A stretch of 64,000 nucleotides of DNA from the NCBI RefSeq assembly GCF_001447785.1, contig NW_015168688.1:319413-383412 (forward strand). The letters run 5' to 3'. The position numbers were made by a program, and so were the translations under genes. Positions 13,085-25,387 of this stretch are shown piece by piece. Source of the stretch: Gekko japonicus. Lineage: Eukaryota. The notes beneath the pieces are model-generated. The model saw only the letters and a program-made list of their open reading frames with translations, had not been told where the DNA came from and made no database searches. Within the stretch, counting starts at the first letter, position 1. Every line of letters begins with the position of its first letter.

Positions 13085-13647
13085 TATTATGTATTGGGAC
13101 TGAAACAATCCAGGACTGTGCTACCAGAGATGGGCTGAGCTTGGAGCCTTAGAACAATAACCCACCAGGACACTGGAAGTAATCAATCAAGAAGTAATGT
13201 TATGGTTTGGAGTAGTGGTTAAGTGGGTGGACTCTAATCTGGGAGAACTGGGTTTGATTCCCCACTCCTCCACTTGCACCTGCTGGATGACCTTGGGCAA
13301 GCCGTAGTTCTGGCAGAACGGTTCTTGAAAAAGAGCAGTTTCTGTCAGAGCTGTGTCTGTTGTGGGGTGTCTGTTGTCTGTTGTGGGGTGTCTGTTGTGG
13401 GGAGGGGAAGGGAAAGGAGTTTGTAAGCCGCTCGGAGACTCCCATGGGTAGTGAAGGGCGGGGTATAAATCCAATCTCCTCCTCCTCCTCCTAAATAGCC
13501 TATTGTTGGAAGTGGGGTGTGTTTGGGTGTGGCTACTGCATGCTATTTAAACAGGGCTGTGGCCCTTGTTCTTGCTGAAATCACTAATAAAGTAGAGCTG
13601 ATCAATAGACTAGGGGTCTGATCATCCATGGAACCCACTATTTAACA
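13085..13647 (+). mobile_element. Solo LTR with nested Squam3-like SINE
   Basis: 5-bp TSD CTTTC (13080-13084/13648-13652); ends TATTAT...TTAACA (5' TG decayed); TATTTAAA box then AATAAA. Confidence 0.65.
13205..13491 (+). mobile_element. Squam3-like tRNA/MIR-derived SINE
   Basis: TTTGGAGTAGTGGTTAAG (A box), GGTTTGATTCCCC (B box), (CTC)n tail; internal repetition of TGTCTGTTGTGGGG. Confidence 0.88.
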
Positions 13648-14315
13648 CTTTCCTTAGGCTATCCTAATGAGTGGCGAAAAGCTTGGGCGAGAGACTGATT
13701 CATTGATGGGACATCTGCATGCCTACCCATCGCCACAGGGGCTTGCAAAGCCAAGCACCCACCTAGGTCTATCAAGTTAATTCAATCAGCAAATGCAAGT
13801 CTTCCTCAGTGCAGTTGGGCTTGATTACTTTTTACTTACCTTGCCTGAATATCTCCACCAGGCTGCCTCAGGCATGAGTGAAGTCTCCACCCTGCCAGCC
13901 GTTTTGTCCACCCTGCCTGGATGCAATCACTGTATTTGTTACCTTTCTGGGAAGACCCCTTCCTCCACTCAGAGCTGGGAAATCCACAGATATTCATCCT
14001 GGATCCACCCTGAATTCCTGGACTTTATAATTATTTCTTTGATATTCCTTTGTGCTGGCTCCTATAACTTTCACTTTCCCTGCCAGCCAAAACTGCACTC
14101 ATCTGCTTCATTTGTGCAGAGGTAGCCCACTCTGCATTTCTTTCTTTGGGACGCTGGGACATTTTCTTGCCACACAGGATCATCTCTCTGCTGCCTTACC
14201 TTCTTATTATTTCCTTGGGAGCTTTGACACTCTGCCTAAAGTACCTGACTCTCAGTCTCTGGATCACTGAAACAGACAACGTACTCTACCCAGCTCAACG
14301 GACTGAGGATAAACT

Positions 14316-14609
14316 CAGGGCTAATTTTGGGCAGGAATGCACAGGAACAGAGTTCTGGCTGGCTTCAGAGTTGGCCACGCCCACTACAGCCAAAACCTCT
14401 GCGTGCGTGGCTACAGAGGGAAGGCCTGGAGAGTGACCCATCCAGCGGGCTGCCCAGACAAGCCAAGGGAAGGCATGGGGTGTGGCCTAATATGCTAATG
14501 AACTATGTTGTCAGGGGTGTGGCCTAATATGCTAATGCGCTATGCTGTCAGGGCGTGACATATTATGCTAATGAGTTCCTGCTGGGCTTTTTCTACAAAA
14601 AAAGCCCTG
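14316..14609. mobile_element. Non-autonomous hAT element
   Basis: TIR CAGGGCT...AGCCCTG; perfect 8-bp TSD GATAAACT (14308-14315/14610-14617); subterminal ATGCTAAT repeats. Confidence 0.92.
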
Positions 14610-14690
14610 GATAAACTCCTTCTCTCTGTTCATTACTTTTCTCTTAAAAACTCTTCTCTCCCCTTCTTTAATTCCCTGTTTCCCACTTAT

Positions 14691-14963
14691 TGTGTAGTGG
14701 GTTAAACGCATGCTAGAACCACTGCGGCGGGTGTAGTGACCGCATGGTTCGCTGGACACAACAAAGACTAAAGACTAACAGCCGGCTGGCCAACTATGTA
14801 CACTCTGGGGACCACCCCCTTGGTCCAGTTGGTGGGTTTAAACTCCCGCCGAAAGGTCCCATTGGTCCCCCAGAGGAGAGACCAGGAGCCTTGTCCCCAT
14901 TGTTCTCCAGAGCCAAGCTCTGGGGTGTTCGCTGGCCCCTGGTGGTGGTCAGCGTACACAACA
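14691..14963 (-). repeat. Gypsy 3' LTR preceded by polypurine tract
   Basis: Minus strand GGGGGAAGGGA (14964-14974) directly followed by TGTTGTG; ends ...CTACA(CA) at ~14691-14693. Confidence 0.75.
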
Positions 14964-16844
14964 TCCCTTCCCCCATAGTTCGGACCCCCCCCTTAAGTCA
15001 CATAGTCCTGGAGGTATGACGGGGGCCGCCGCTCTCTGTGGGACCGTTGGGGGGCTGGCACTGGGATGGCTGGAGTTCTGCTCCCCATGTCGGGGTGCAT
15101 CGTTGGAGCAGGTCCCTCTGGTTCCGAAGGGTCGAGTTCCGGATTCTCCTCTGCTGCCGCTGGTGGGCCCGTAGCGAGGTTCGGCCGCTCTTCCCTGGGG
15201 GCATCTGGCACCGGGGCCTCTGGTGGAATCGCCCCAGGGTCTGTCCCTGGGTCCCATTCCTCCTGGGGTTCCGGAAGCATGCACCTACGGATTTGGTCGA
15301 TATGCCTCCTCAGGACCTGTCCACATTCAGTTGACACCTCGTACATCACGGTGCCAGTCGAGCGAATGATGCGGCCCGCAATCCACTCAGGGCCTCTTCC
15401 GAAGTTCCTGACAAAGACTGGGTCTTCGGGGAAAAACCCTCGGGGCGCCTTCTGCTGCTCTGAAGAGTTCTGTGTCTTGGGAGCCCGATCGGGGCGCAGG
15501 CGCAGGATGGTTGGTCGCCGGCCCATGAGGAGTTCCGCCGGGCAGCGCCCGCTAACAGGATTCGGGGTTGTTCGTTGTGTCAAGAGGAAATGGGTGATGC
15601 GGCACTCCCAGTCTCCCTCCGTCAGGCGGCTCAAGGCTTCTTTTGCCATCCTGACCATCCGTTCCGCTTGTCCGTTGGTCGCGGGGTGGAATGGCGCCGA
15701 CCTGATGTGTTTGATCAGGTTGCCGCTAAGGAATTGCTGGAGCTCCTCTGCTGTAAACGCCGTCCCGTTGTCCGAAACGATGGTGTCTGGCAGGCCATGG
15801 GTGGCAAAGATCTTCCGGAGGGCGCGGATGGCGGCCTTTGTGGAGGTTTGCCGAGACAGGGCTTATTTCCAGCCATTTTGTGTAAGAATCCACAGTTACA
15901 AGAAATAACAGTCCATGGAAGGGTCCGGCAAAGTCTATGTGGCGCTGGGACCACGGGGTCCGTGTGGATTCCCAAGACTGGCTCGGGGCGCCCGGGGGAC
16001 TGGGTCGGACGGCTTGGCAGGTCGGGCAATGTTTCACCCATGCTTCTACCTCGGCGTCGATGCCTGGCCACCAGACGTAGCTCCTGGCAAGGCCTTTCAT
16101 CCTCACGATGCCCGGGTGCGCTTCGTGAAGGGCCTGGAGAACCTTTTGGCGGAGGTTGGTGGGGACCACGACCCTATTTCCCCATAGCAGGCAGCCTTTA
16201 TATGCTGACAACTCCTCCTTGCGGGTCGTAAACGCCGTGAACTCGGTGCCTTCAGGTTTCACAGGCCACCCCCTCACCACCCAGCCTAGCACCCGGGATA
16301 TGATGGGGTCCTGGGCCAAGCGGCTGGCAATGTCAGCAGCCTGTAGTGGGGCCTCCGGCAGGCCCTCCAGCTGGAGGACTCAGTGCACTGAGGCCGGGTC
16401 CTCCACCCTTTCTGGAAGGGGAAGACGGCTAAGGGCATCTGTGTGGCCCATGGCTTTCCCCGGCCGGTGTTGAAGCTGGTAGTCATAGGCCGCCAAGAAG
16501 ACGGACCAGCGCAAGACCCGCGGAGAGATGACTTGTGGCGTCCAGCGATCGGGCGCGAAGAGTCCAAGGAGCGGTCTGTGGTTTGTGGCAATGACGAACA
16601 GCCGGCCATAGACGAAGTCATGGAATTTCTTGACCCCAGCCACGATTGCAAGTCCCTCGCGATCAATCTGGGTGTAGTTCCGTTCTGCCGCAGAGAGAGT
16701 CCGCGAGTAATATGCGACCGGAACCTCACGGCCATCAAGGAAACGATGCGCCAACACTGCCCCGATGCTGTAGGGTGAAGCGTCGCACGCCAAAACCACC
16801 AGCAGCGCCTTGTTGAAGTGGGCCAGGTGTAGTGATCCCGAGTT

Positions 16845-18092
16845 CTAGATCAACAGTTCTTTTACATTCCGGAATGCGGCGGCCTGGCGGGGGCCCCATA
16901 CCCACGGGGCCTGTTTGTCTAGCAAGCGATGGAGGGGTTCCGCTACCGCCACCTTGTGGGGAAGAAAGGCGTGGTAAAAATTGAGAATCCCTAAGAACGC
17001 CTGAAGTTCAGCTTTGGACTTTGGCGGCGGAGCTTCCACGATGGCCTTTACTTTGTCTCGGGTCGGGTGGAGGCCCTCCGCATCCACCGTGAACCCCAGA
17101 AAGTCCACAGACGGCACCCCGAGCCGGGACTTCTCAAGTTTAACCTTCAGGCTGGCATCCTGGAGACGGTGGAGCACGGTGCGGAGGCGGTCAGCAAAGT
17201 CAGCGGGCGAGGCAGTGATAATCATCACATCATCGAAAAACGGGGTGACACCGGGGATTCCTTTGAGGAGAGAGTCCATCAGTTGTTGGAATAACCCCGG
17301 AGCCACGCTCACCCCGAATTGCAGCCTCTTAACACGGAATGCCCCCCGGTGGGTCACAATGGTTTGCGCATCAGCAGTTGCTTCGTCTACAGGCAACTGC
17401 TGATAAGCTTGGGCGAGATCTATTTTACCAAAGATCTTTGCCCCTCCCAAAGTGGCCAGGATGTGGCTGACCACAGGCACCAGATATGCGTGGTCCTGCA
17501 GCGCCTTATTCAACATACATTTATAGTCTGCGCAGATGCGGACCGCCCCATTAGGCTTTTCCATCACAACAATAGGGGTCTCCCACGCCGCATGGGAGAC
17601 CGGTTCCAGGACGCCTTGAGCTACTAGGCGATCCAGTTCCTCGTCTATTTTCGGCTTCACCGACAGTGGAACCGTCCTGGCGCGCATTCTAATGGGGGCC
17701 ACCTTTGGGTCTAAGCGCAAAGACACCAGGGGGCCCGTGTATCGGCCCAGCGAGTCATCGAAAATGGCGGGAAATTCTTTGCATATCCCAGTTAAATCTT
17801 GGGTAGAACAAAACTGGACACCCTCGAGCGAAATTCCCAAGGGCTCAAACCAGGCACGACCCAGCAAGCTGACCAGGTCGCCCTCGACCACAATCAAGTC
17901 CAACTGGCTCTTGAACTTCCCGTATTGTACTTTGAAAGTCCCGATCCCTTTGATCGGCACCTGGTTTCGCTGAAAATCCATGAGCGTCACCTGAGATGGG
18001 CGCAAACGTGCCCCCCCTTTGGGCATAAGCGTTTTAGCATGGCCTCGGAAATTATAGAGGCCGCGGAGCCAGAGTCTACCTCCATAAGGCAT
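16845..18092 (-). pseudogene. Gypsy pol segment (end of protease region and reverse transcriptase)
   Basis: 415-aa ORF with WETPIVV, VRICADYK, QTIVTHRG, FGVSVAPGLFQ, FFDD and FLGILNFY. Confidence 0.92.
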
Positions 18093-18954
18093 GGGGACCC
18101 CTCGATTGTTACTGTGGCTAAAAATTTTGGGGTGGGCGATTTCCCGGGAAGTTGCAATACCTTTTCCGCTGTCTGTGTGAGGTGGTAGAGGTCCACAGCC
18201 TCTGCGTCATCCTCGAAGTGGGCATCCGCTCTGTGTCGCAGTGGCTGGGTCCTGCTGGATCTGGTGGTAGCTTTGGAGCGACAGACCCTAGCGATGTGGC
18301 CCGTGCACCCACAGTTCTGACAAACGGTGTCTCGGAACTGGCATGTTTTCCTGTCGTGCCGGTCACCACAACTGGCACACCCGGCTGCGGCTGTGCTGTG
18401 CTGCTTGCGGGCGAAGCTAGCGGCTGGAGTGCGGTGTGGCGCTTGTGTGTGGTGGACCTCTGCGCCCTTGAGGTCTGCCGGCATGATGGCGGCCTGGTGC
18501 ATGGAGGCGATGGCAGAGTGGGCCCTCTCCCATGTGGTGGCCGACACTATGGTCATCTTCTCTCCCTCCATTATGCATCGCCGCAGCGTTCCTCCCGCAG
18601 GCCCATGACGAAATGGTCTCGCAGGGCCAGATCCAGCTGTGTGTCGAATTTGCAGTCGGATGCCAGTCAGCGGAGCTCGGCAAGGAACTCCACGGCCGTT
18701 TCGCAGTCTTTCTGACTCCGCTGGTGAAACACCACGTGGCACGTCATCTCCGAAGGTTTGGGCGTGTAGTGGTTCTGGACTGCCGAGACGATTTCCTCGA
18801 AAGTGCAGTCTCCGAGTATCTTAGGGGAGAGTAGGTGCTGGGCCAGTTCTACGATGGCGGGTCCGCACGACCCGAGTAGGAGGCCCCTCTTCCTGGCCTC
18901 ATCTGTCACCTGGTAGAAGATCAGTACTTGCTCCAGGCCGGTGATCCAGGCACG

Positions 18955-19410
18955 CTAGAGAGATGGAAGATAGGCGGATTTTCCGGGCACGATCTCACCG
19001 CCACATCTGGGAAGTGTAGAGCTCCCGTGGCTCACCCGAGACTTCACTCCGAAGATGCGCTGTAAAAAACTAGTACCTCCGCGGGGCAAGGGCGGGCGTC
19101 AGATCACGTTTCTAGTGTTAGCTCGTGGCATCCGGCGCCCGCCCATGTCCCGTCGCGAAAACTTTTTTTTGTCAAGTCTCCACGGGTGCGCACAAGCACC
19201 CAACGGCGCATGCGAACACAACCCCCATGGCCCCGCTTCTTTGCCGCGCCGCAGGAGTGAGGAGTGAGGTATGATCGGCACCTCCCCCCAACCACGGGAC
19301 GTCAGCGGGACGTCGGGCGGGACGTTTGATCCGGCTGTCACACGGTAGTTCACTCCGGAGCAAACAGCCACGCCTCCCCCCCGCAATATCCGGCCCGTGT
19401 GACCGGGGCC
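18955..19410. mobile_element. Right part of a GC-rich Harbinger-like MITE
   Basis: Ends CGTGTGACCGGGGCC, identical to the right TIR of 25388-25832; left TIR absent. Confidence 0.6.
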
Positions 19411-19670
19411 TGTAATCCTTTTTTCTTCTGCTATTGTTTTAACTGAAAAAACCCAACAACCCACAAGCTGGGGAACATTTACAGGTACCTATTTAAAGGA
19501 GGGGTAAAAGCAGTTCAGGGTAGTCTTTTCCAATGTCAGGCTAGGAAATGGTTTAAGTTTCCCTCTCTCCCACACTATTCGCCTTGATTAAGCAATCTCA
19601 GAAATTGCATTTGCAAAAGAAAAAAAAAGAAATAAACATAGAAGATATGGTAACATGTAGTCGAGGCTTT

Positions 19671-21145
19671 TGTTGTTGTTGTTCAGTCGCACAGTCGAGT
19701 CTGACTTTTCGCGACCCCATGGACCAGCTCCCGCCAGGCCTTCCGGTCTTCCGCCGTCCTCTGAAGTTGGCTCAATTTCATGTTCGTTGCATCTATGACA
19801 CTGTCTAACCATCTCATCCTTTGCCATCCCTGTCTTCTTTGACCTTCAATCTTTCCAAGCATCAGGGTCTTCTCCAGTGAGTGCTCCCTTCTCATTTGGT
19901 GGCCAAAGTATTTGAGCTTCAGTTTCATTATCTGGCCTTCCAGGGAACAGTCAGGGTTGATTTCTTTTAGGATTGACTGATTTGTTCTTCTTGCAGTCCA
20001 AGGGACTCTCAAGAGTCTTCTCCAGCACCATAGTTCAAAAGAATCTATTATTCGGCGCTCGGCCTTCCTTATAGTCCAACTCTCGCAGCCATACATGACT
20101 ACTGGGAATACCATTGCTTTGACCATGCGGACTTTTGTTGGCAGGGTGATGTCTCTACTTTTTATCATGCTGTTTAGGTTCGCCATCGCTTTCCTCCCAA
20201 GAAGCAGGTGTCTTTTAATTTCATGACTGCTGTCACAGTCTGCGGTGATCTGGGATTCCAGGAACGTGAAGTCTGTCACTACTTCCACAACTTCCCCTTC
20301 TATTTGTCAAGGAGTGATGGGGCCGGATGTTAGTTCTAGGAGGTGTTGTAGGTCTTCATAGAACCGGTCCACTTCAGCCTCTTCTGCATCAGTGGTTGGG
20401 GCATAGACTTGGATTACTGTCTATGTGATGTTGTGATGTTGGCAGGGAGCATGTTCCACCAGGCAGGTGCTAGGGCAGAAAAAGCTCTGGCCTGGTGGAG
20501 GTAAGACGGACATCCTTCAGGCCAGGGACAACCAGGCAATGTTGGTCCATAGAGCATAATGCTCTTCAGGGTATATATGGGAAGAGATGGTCTCTCAGAT
20601 ACTTTGCAGTCTGAGGTGATACAGATTGGACACATGGTTACAACCTCAAGGGCAAAACAAATTTGAGTCTAGTGGCACCTTTAAGACCAACAAAGCTTTA
20701 TTGACAGTATACGCTTTGCAAGCACTCGGCCTCCGATACAGTGGAACTCCAAGGGCTAGTTAAAGTTCCAAGACAGTTAAGGTGACAAAACGAAGAATAA
20801 TTCCATTTGGGTTTACACAACAAATTTACACTGGGATAATGACATCAGTGCCCCCTCAAGGATTTCAGTCTCCTTGCCATCTCATTTTTGACCACGTCAA
20901 GCTTACCTTGATTCATAGATCTTACATTCCAGGTTCCTATGCAGTATTGTTCTTTGCAGCATCGGACTTTCCTTTCACCATCAGACACATCCACAACTGA
21001 GCGTCGTTTCGGCTTTGGCCCAGCCGCTTCACTCTTTCTGGGGTTACTTGTACTTGCCCTCTGCTCTTCCCCAGTAGCATATTGGACACCTTCCGACCTG
21101 AGGGGCTCATCTTCTGGCATCATATCTTTTAGCCTTTTGATACTG
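19671..21145 (-). mobile_element. BovB (RTE) LINE, internally deleted and interrupted
   Basis: (CAA)n tail; 3' ORF VKAMVFPVVMYGCESWTIRKAERR; endonuclease piece YAPTTDAEEAEVDRFYEDLQ at ~20330-20410; 5' ORF SEGVQYATGEEQR...IGTWNVRSMNQGKLDVVK; L2 and Penelope fragments in between. Confidence 0.92.
20655..20745 (-). mobile_element. Penelope-like pseudo-LTR fragment
   Basis: GAGTCTAGTGGCACCTTTAAGACCAAC...TTTATT, same family as 21148-21215 and 59584-59655. Confidence 0.6.
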
Positions 21146-21215
21146 TCCAAGAGTTCAAATAGCACCGTTAAGACTAACAAATAGCACCTTTAAGACTAAC
21201 CTTTAAGACTAAGAC

Positions 21216-21366
21216 TGAGTGGTGGGTGTGGCCTTATGACACACTTCCGGTGATGGCAGGGGGTGTGGCCTCATGACACACTTCCGGTGATGGCAGGGGG
21301 TGTGACATATGCTAATGAGTTATGCTAATGAGTTCCCCTAGCTCTTTTTCTACGAAATGACCCCTG
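21216..21366. mobile_element. hAT element right end with 36-bp tandem duplication
   Basis: Ends TTCTACGAAATGACCCCTG like the element ending at 30841; two copies of GTGTGGCCTYATGACACACTTCCGGTGATGGCAGGGG. Confidence 0.8.
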
Positions 21367-21389
21367 AGTACAAAGAACCCTTGTACAGG

Positions 21390-21790
21390 TGTACTGCCCC
21401 AGGCAATCCATGTAACACCTCTTGCAGGTGCCTGGCCCCAGAATGGCTCGGTTAGCTGTCACCAGGGCAACAGCCTTCTCAGTTGTGGCCCCTACCCTGT
21501 GGAATGCTCTCTCTGATGACGCCCATGCCCTGCCAGATTTGTTTAGTTTTCACAGGGCATGAACTGTTTAGGTTGGCCTTTGGAGTGTAATCGACATGTT
21601 TGAGGTTTTTTTGTTAGTGGTATGGTGCTAGCCACATATTTTAATCGTTTAACATTTTAATGTTAATATTTTATATTTCTTATCTGTTTTTATGTTGTCT
21701 TTAACTTATTTATATGTTTTTAATGTTGTAAGTAGTCACGAGACCCTTTGGACGAACAGTGATTAAAATGTCTAAGAAATAAACAAATGA
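21390..21790 (+). mobile_element. L2 LINE 3' fragment
   Basis: AFSVVAPTLWNAL-type 3' end; same subfamily as 48990-49425. Confidence 0.8.
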
Positions 21791-23019
21791 AAAAATATAC
21801 TGCCAAACATTTTCCTCATCTTTAATATGCATTATTGGGGAAGGATAAATTCCCTCTAACAGTAAGTGAATGGTCACATAAGTCATGGGCAAGATTGCTG
21901 AAGTTCATTTATATTACTCATTTAAGAACTGGACATTGTACATATTGGGGTTTTCCAGTATTTATTTGTTGGCTCAGACTTGGACCAATATACTGAGACT
22001 GAAACTAATGTTCAAACAGAAGGACTATTCCCTGTATGAAATGCGTAGTAATCAATTATCATTTTATATTGAAATTGTATAGGTGATCCTACCTTGTTCT
22101 CTTTTGTAGCTGTTCCTTTCCTCTTTTCCTCCCCTTGATTGATTGATTGTATTGTTTAAAAGTTGTACACTTTTACATATGCATAAAAGAGAAAGTATTC
22201 CAATGAATGGGTAGAGGAAAACAAAGTCACAGTAATAAAAAAGACTGTGATGAATAAAGTATCTTTGCCAATTGGAGTGTAAAAGTTTTTTTTTTTAAAT
22301 AGCATTCTATTGAAAAGAAGGGGCTTTCAGAAATGCTACCGAGTGCGTGCGCATGCACATACACACAGGGTTTTTTTAATTTGTTACAGTGATCATGGAA
22401 TCTGTCACTGAGTTTAAGGTGATTAAGAAAGACCAAAGCAAGGTTCTATTCTCTGGCAGAAAGCTATACTGTAGTTTAAATTAGCGTGGTGCAGCTGAAC
22501 CCATATTTAAAATGTGTTCGCACTGACATCACAAGACGAGAGCTTCTTTGTTTAATGGCATTGTCAGAGCAGCACACTTCATCGCTCAAGCCCATTGGAG
22601 TTAGGCCTTTTAATAGAAAGTGACAATTTAAATTGCCATGACGGTGGCCTACATGGTGCTTAAAACTATTATGCGCTGATGCTGTAGTTGGCTTCAGACC
22701 AGTTTGTTAAAGCTTAAGATGGGAGTGGGAAATTAAGTGAAGAATAATTAGTCATTCTTTTGTTCCTCACTATAATAACATTAGCCATGATGAACTCATT
22801 TGCCTGTGCTATTAGTTTTGTCATAGCTCTGTACTGGCAAACCATCAGTGCTAAGGAACCTGAACACAGATCAACACTCCAGTCCCCCACCCCACCCCCA
22901 TCAGTGAATAGCTGATGGTCTTTCCCCCCACCTCTTGATACACTAAAACAGGTGACAATTTATATAGTTGGTTTGCTCTGAGGTCTAAGCTATTTTTAAA
23001 GGGCTTGTTTGCACTTGTT

Positions 23020-23364
23020 TGCTGCGGTGGCTCAAGTGGTTAAGATGCTGAAGTGCAGGCTGTGGAAGGGCAGTAGATCAGCAGTTCGAGACCCGAGTTG
23101 CTGCATGATGGAGTGAGCTCCCATCTCTAGTTCCAGCTCCTACCAACCTAGCAGTTCAAAAGCAAGAAATTGCAAGTAGATAAATAGGTACCACTTCAGT
23201 GGGAAGGTAACAGCGTTCCGTGCGCCTTGTGTTTAGTCATGCCGGCCACATGACCACGGAAATGTCTTCGGACAGCGCTGGCTCTTCAGCTTGGAAACAG
23301 AGATGAGCACCGCAACCCTAGAGTCGGACTCGACTGGCTTTCGAGTAAGGGAACCTTTACCTTT
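23020..23364 (+). mobile_element. Sauria SINE (Squam1)
   Basis: GCTGCGGTGGCTCAAGTGGTTAAG head, (ACCTTT)n tail; highly similar to the copies at 54295 and 54682. Confidence 0.92.
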
Positions 23365-23439
23365 AACCTGCACTCCTACAATTGCCCATTAGCAGGAAAT
23401 GGGATAAAACGCTGCAAGGTAGTTTATAATCCAAGGATC

Positions 23440-23820
23440 TCTGGCTGTCCTCAACCAGAGCCAGGGCTTTTTCGGCCCTGGAGCCAGCCTGGTGGAACTT
23501 TCCACCTAATGACCTAATGCCCTGAGGGACCTAGTGCAGTTCAGCAAAAAAATCAGCAGGGCCTGTAAGACAGAGATGTTCCGCTGGGCCTATGGCTGAG
23601 GACAGCAATGGTTTACCATCAAGCCTGGCCTCCCCGTCTCCTCCCCCAAGAGAGGATATATAATGTCTAACGCCATCTAATCAGTTATGATTATTACTGG
23701 CTTGTTGCTTTAAATTTTAATCTCTGTGTGTGTATTATTAGAACTGTATTAAAAATTGTTGTTAACCGCCCTGAGCCCCACTGGGGGAGGGTGGTATATA
23801 AATTAAATAAGTAAGCAAGC

Positions 23821-23857
<37 letters not shown>
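23440..23857 (+). mobile_element. L2-type 3' fragment ending in (TAAG)n microsatellite
   Basis: ARAFSALxPAWWN motif; CGCCCTGAGCCC...GGGTGGTATATAAAT end; (TAAG)n at 23810-23857. Confidence 0.75.
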
Positions 23858-23859
<2 letters not shown>

Positions 23860-24145
23860 GGAATTAAAATGGTACAGTAGGCAAGGAGACTTTGTTATGT
23901 CCCCTTTCAGAGGCAGTAAATGCAATACACATCAATAGCTGTGCTGGCTGCCATGTGGCTGCCATGCTGTGGCCCCAGCTGTAAGCCATCATGCCAAAGG
24001 GACCCCTAGGGCACTTGTGAGCTCAATCTACATATACTCCAAGAAAATGGTGACATGTATAAGTGCCCTTAACATCTTTCTCATGCTCTGAAACACTCTT
24101 TGAACACCTTCCAGAGTAGAATCTCTATCCCTTAATGTAGCCAGA

Positions 24146-24406
24146 TGATGAAGAAGAGATTGGATTTATACCCTGCCCTTCACTCAGAGTGGCTTACCAT
24201 CTCCTTTCCCTTTCTCTCCCCACCACAGACACCCTGTAACATCGGTGGGGCTGAGAAAGCTCTGAGAAAACTGCTTGTGAGAGAACCACTCTGAAAGAAC
24301 TTGTAACTGACCCAATATCACACCGGCAGCTGCATGTGGAGGAGTGGGGAATCAAACCCAGTTCTCCCAGATTAGAGTCGGCACTCCTAACCACTACACC
24401 AAACTG
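24146..24406 (-). mobile_element. Squam3-like SINE
   Basis: Reverse complement of the family at 13205. Confidence 0.88.
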
Positions 24407-25387
24407 ACCACCTGCCCCCATCTGAAGCAGTTGCCTGTCTGTTGAGTTAAACTATCAGAACCCCTCCTCTGCATGCCCTGCTTTTGAAAATTAGATGGGT
24501 GTTGACCGGTTAAGGGACCCTTTCAGAATGTTTGTCTTTTAAAAGCTTGAATTGGATTCCTTAAAATTGGGATCAAAACTAATCATATTAGTTAATCTGA
24601 TATTAGTTTCCATTGGTTTCAATCGGAAACAGATTTCAAGGTGTAAGTGATCCCTCCTTAACTGAGATGAAGTTTTCAGAGGTCATACTTCTCACCCAAA
24701 GGATTCGGCTTGCCAAATTTCAGGTGGATAGTATCCTAGTTTTAGAAGCAGTTAAAATCATTTTTTTTTCAAAGGGGGCCCAGGGACATGTGGGAACTTT
24801 GGCATGTGAGCTTTCCCTCCTTTCTAAGGAAGGCCAGATGGCAGGTGAGAAGGATTCTAGTTTTTTAAAGTGTATGCAACAGAGAACCAAACTCTGAACT
24901 TCTGTATCTTACTTCTTGAAGGCCAAATGACACGTCTTTGCGTCCACCATGAGGACTTTGGATCAGACACGTGTTGTAATTTTTGTGCCTCTTAGATGCA
25001 CATGGGACTGATTCTAATAACAATTGTTACACATAGGGAGAAGGGGCTTCAGCTTCCTCCCCATACAATTTTCATATTCTGGAACCACCCTGGGGTGCTG
25101 ATAATTGCTTCATTGCAAAAGTTATGTGTAGTCATGTAAATTGCATAATTTTCATGACAGCTTTCTGCTCTATGGTGTTCAGCAATTTTCTCCCATCCTG
25201 GCTGAATTTTGGTACCAAGAGGAAAATGCAGAAAGCATATTGGAACTCAAACAGGTAAACCCGGGGGGTAAGATACAGACATATTTTCATTCTCTGGGTC
25301 TAACTAGATTATTCATGTTACACAAGTCGGGTTGGGGGGGGGGTCGCCCGACCCAACATACAGTCACATGTAACATAGGTGAACTGA

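Larger units (their letters stand above)
14691..18952 (-). mobile_element. Gypsy/Ty3 LTR retrotransposon, frameshifted, 5' LTR missing
   Basis: Gag with CQNCGCTGHIARVC knuckle, protease EVDSGS, RT (DLAQAYQQ, FFDD), RNase H (LACDAS, Y...DREGL), integrase (HEAH...CPTC, VDSYTKW, DNG, TNGQAER); order PR-RT-RH-IN. Confidence 0.95.

Noticed and set aside
15066-16231. Long + strand ORFs (280 aa, 218 aa) antisense to the Gypsy integrase
   Set aside because: Expected shadow ORFs of GC-rich coding sequence; no domain features
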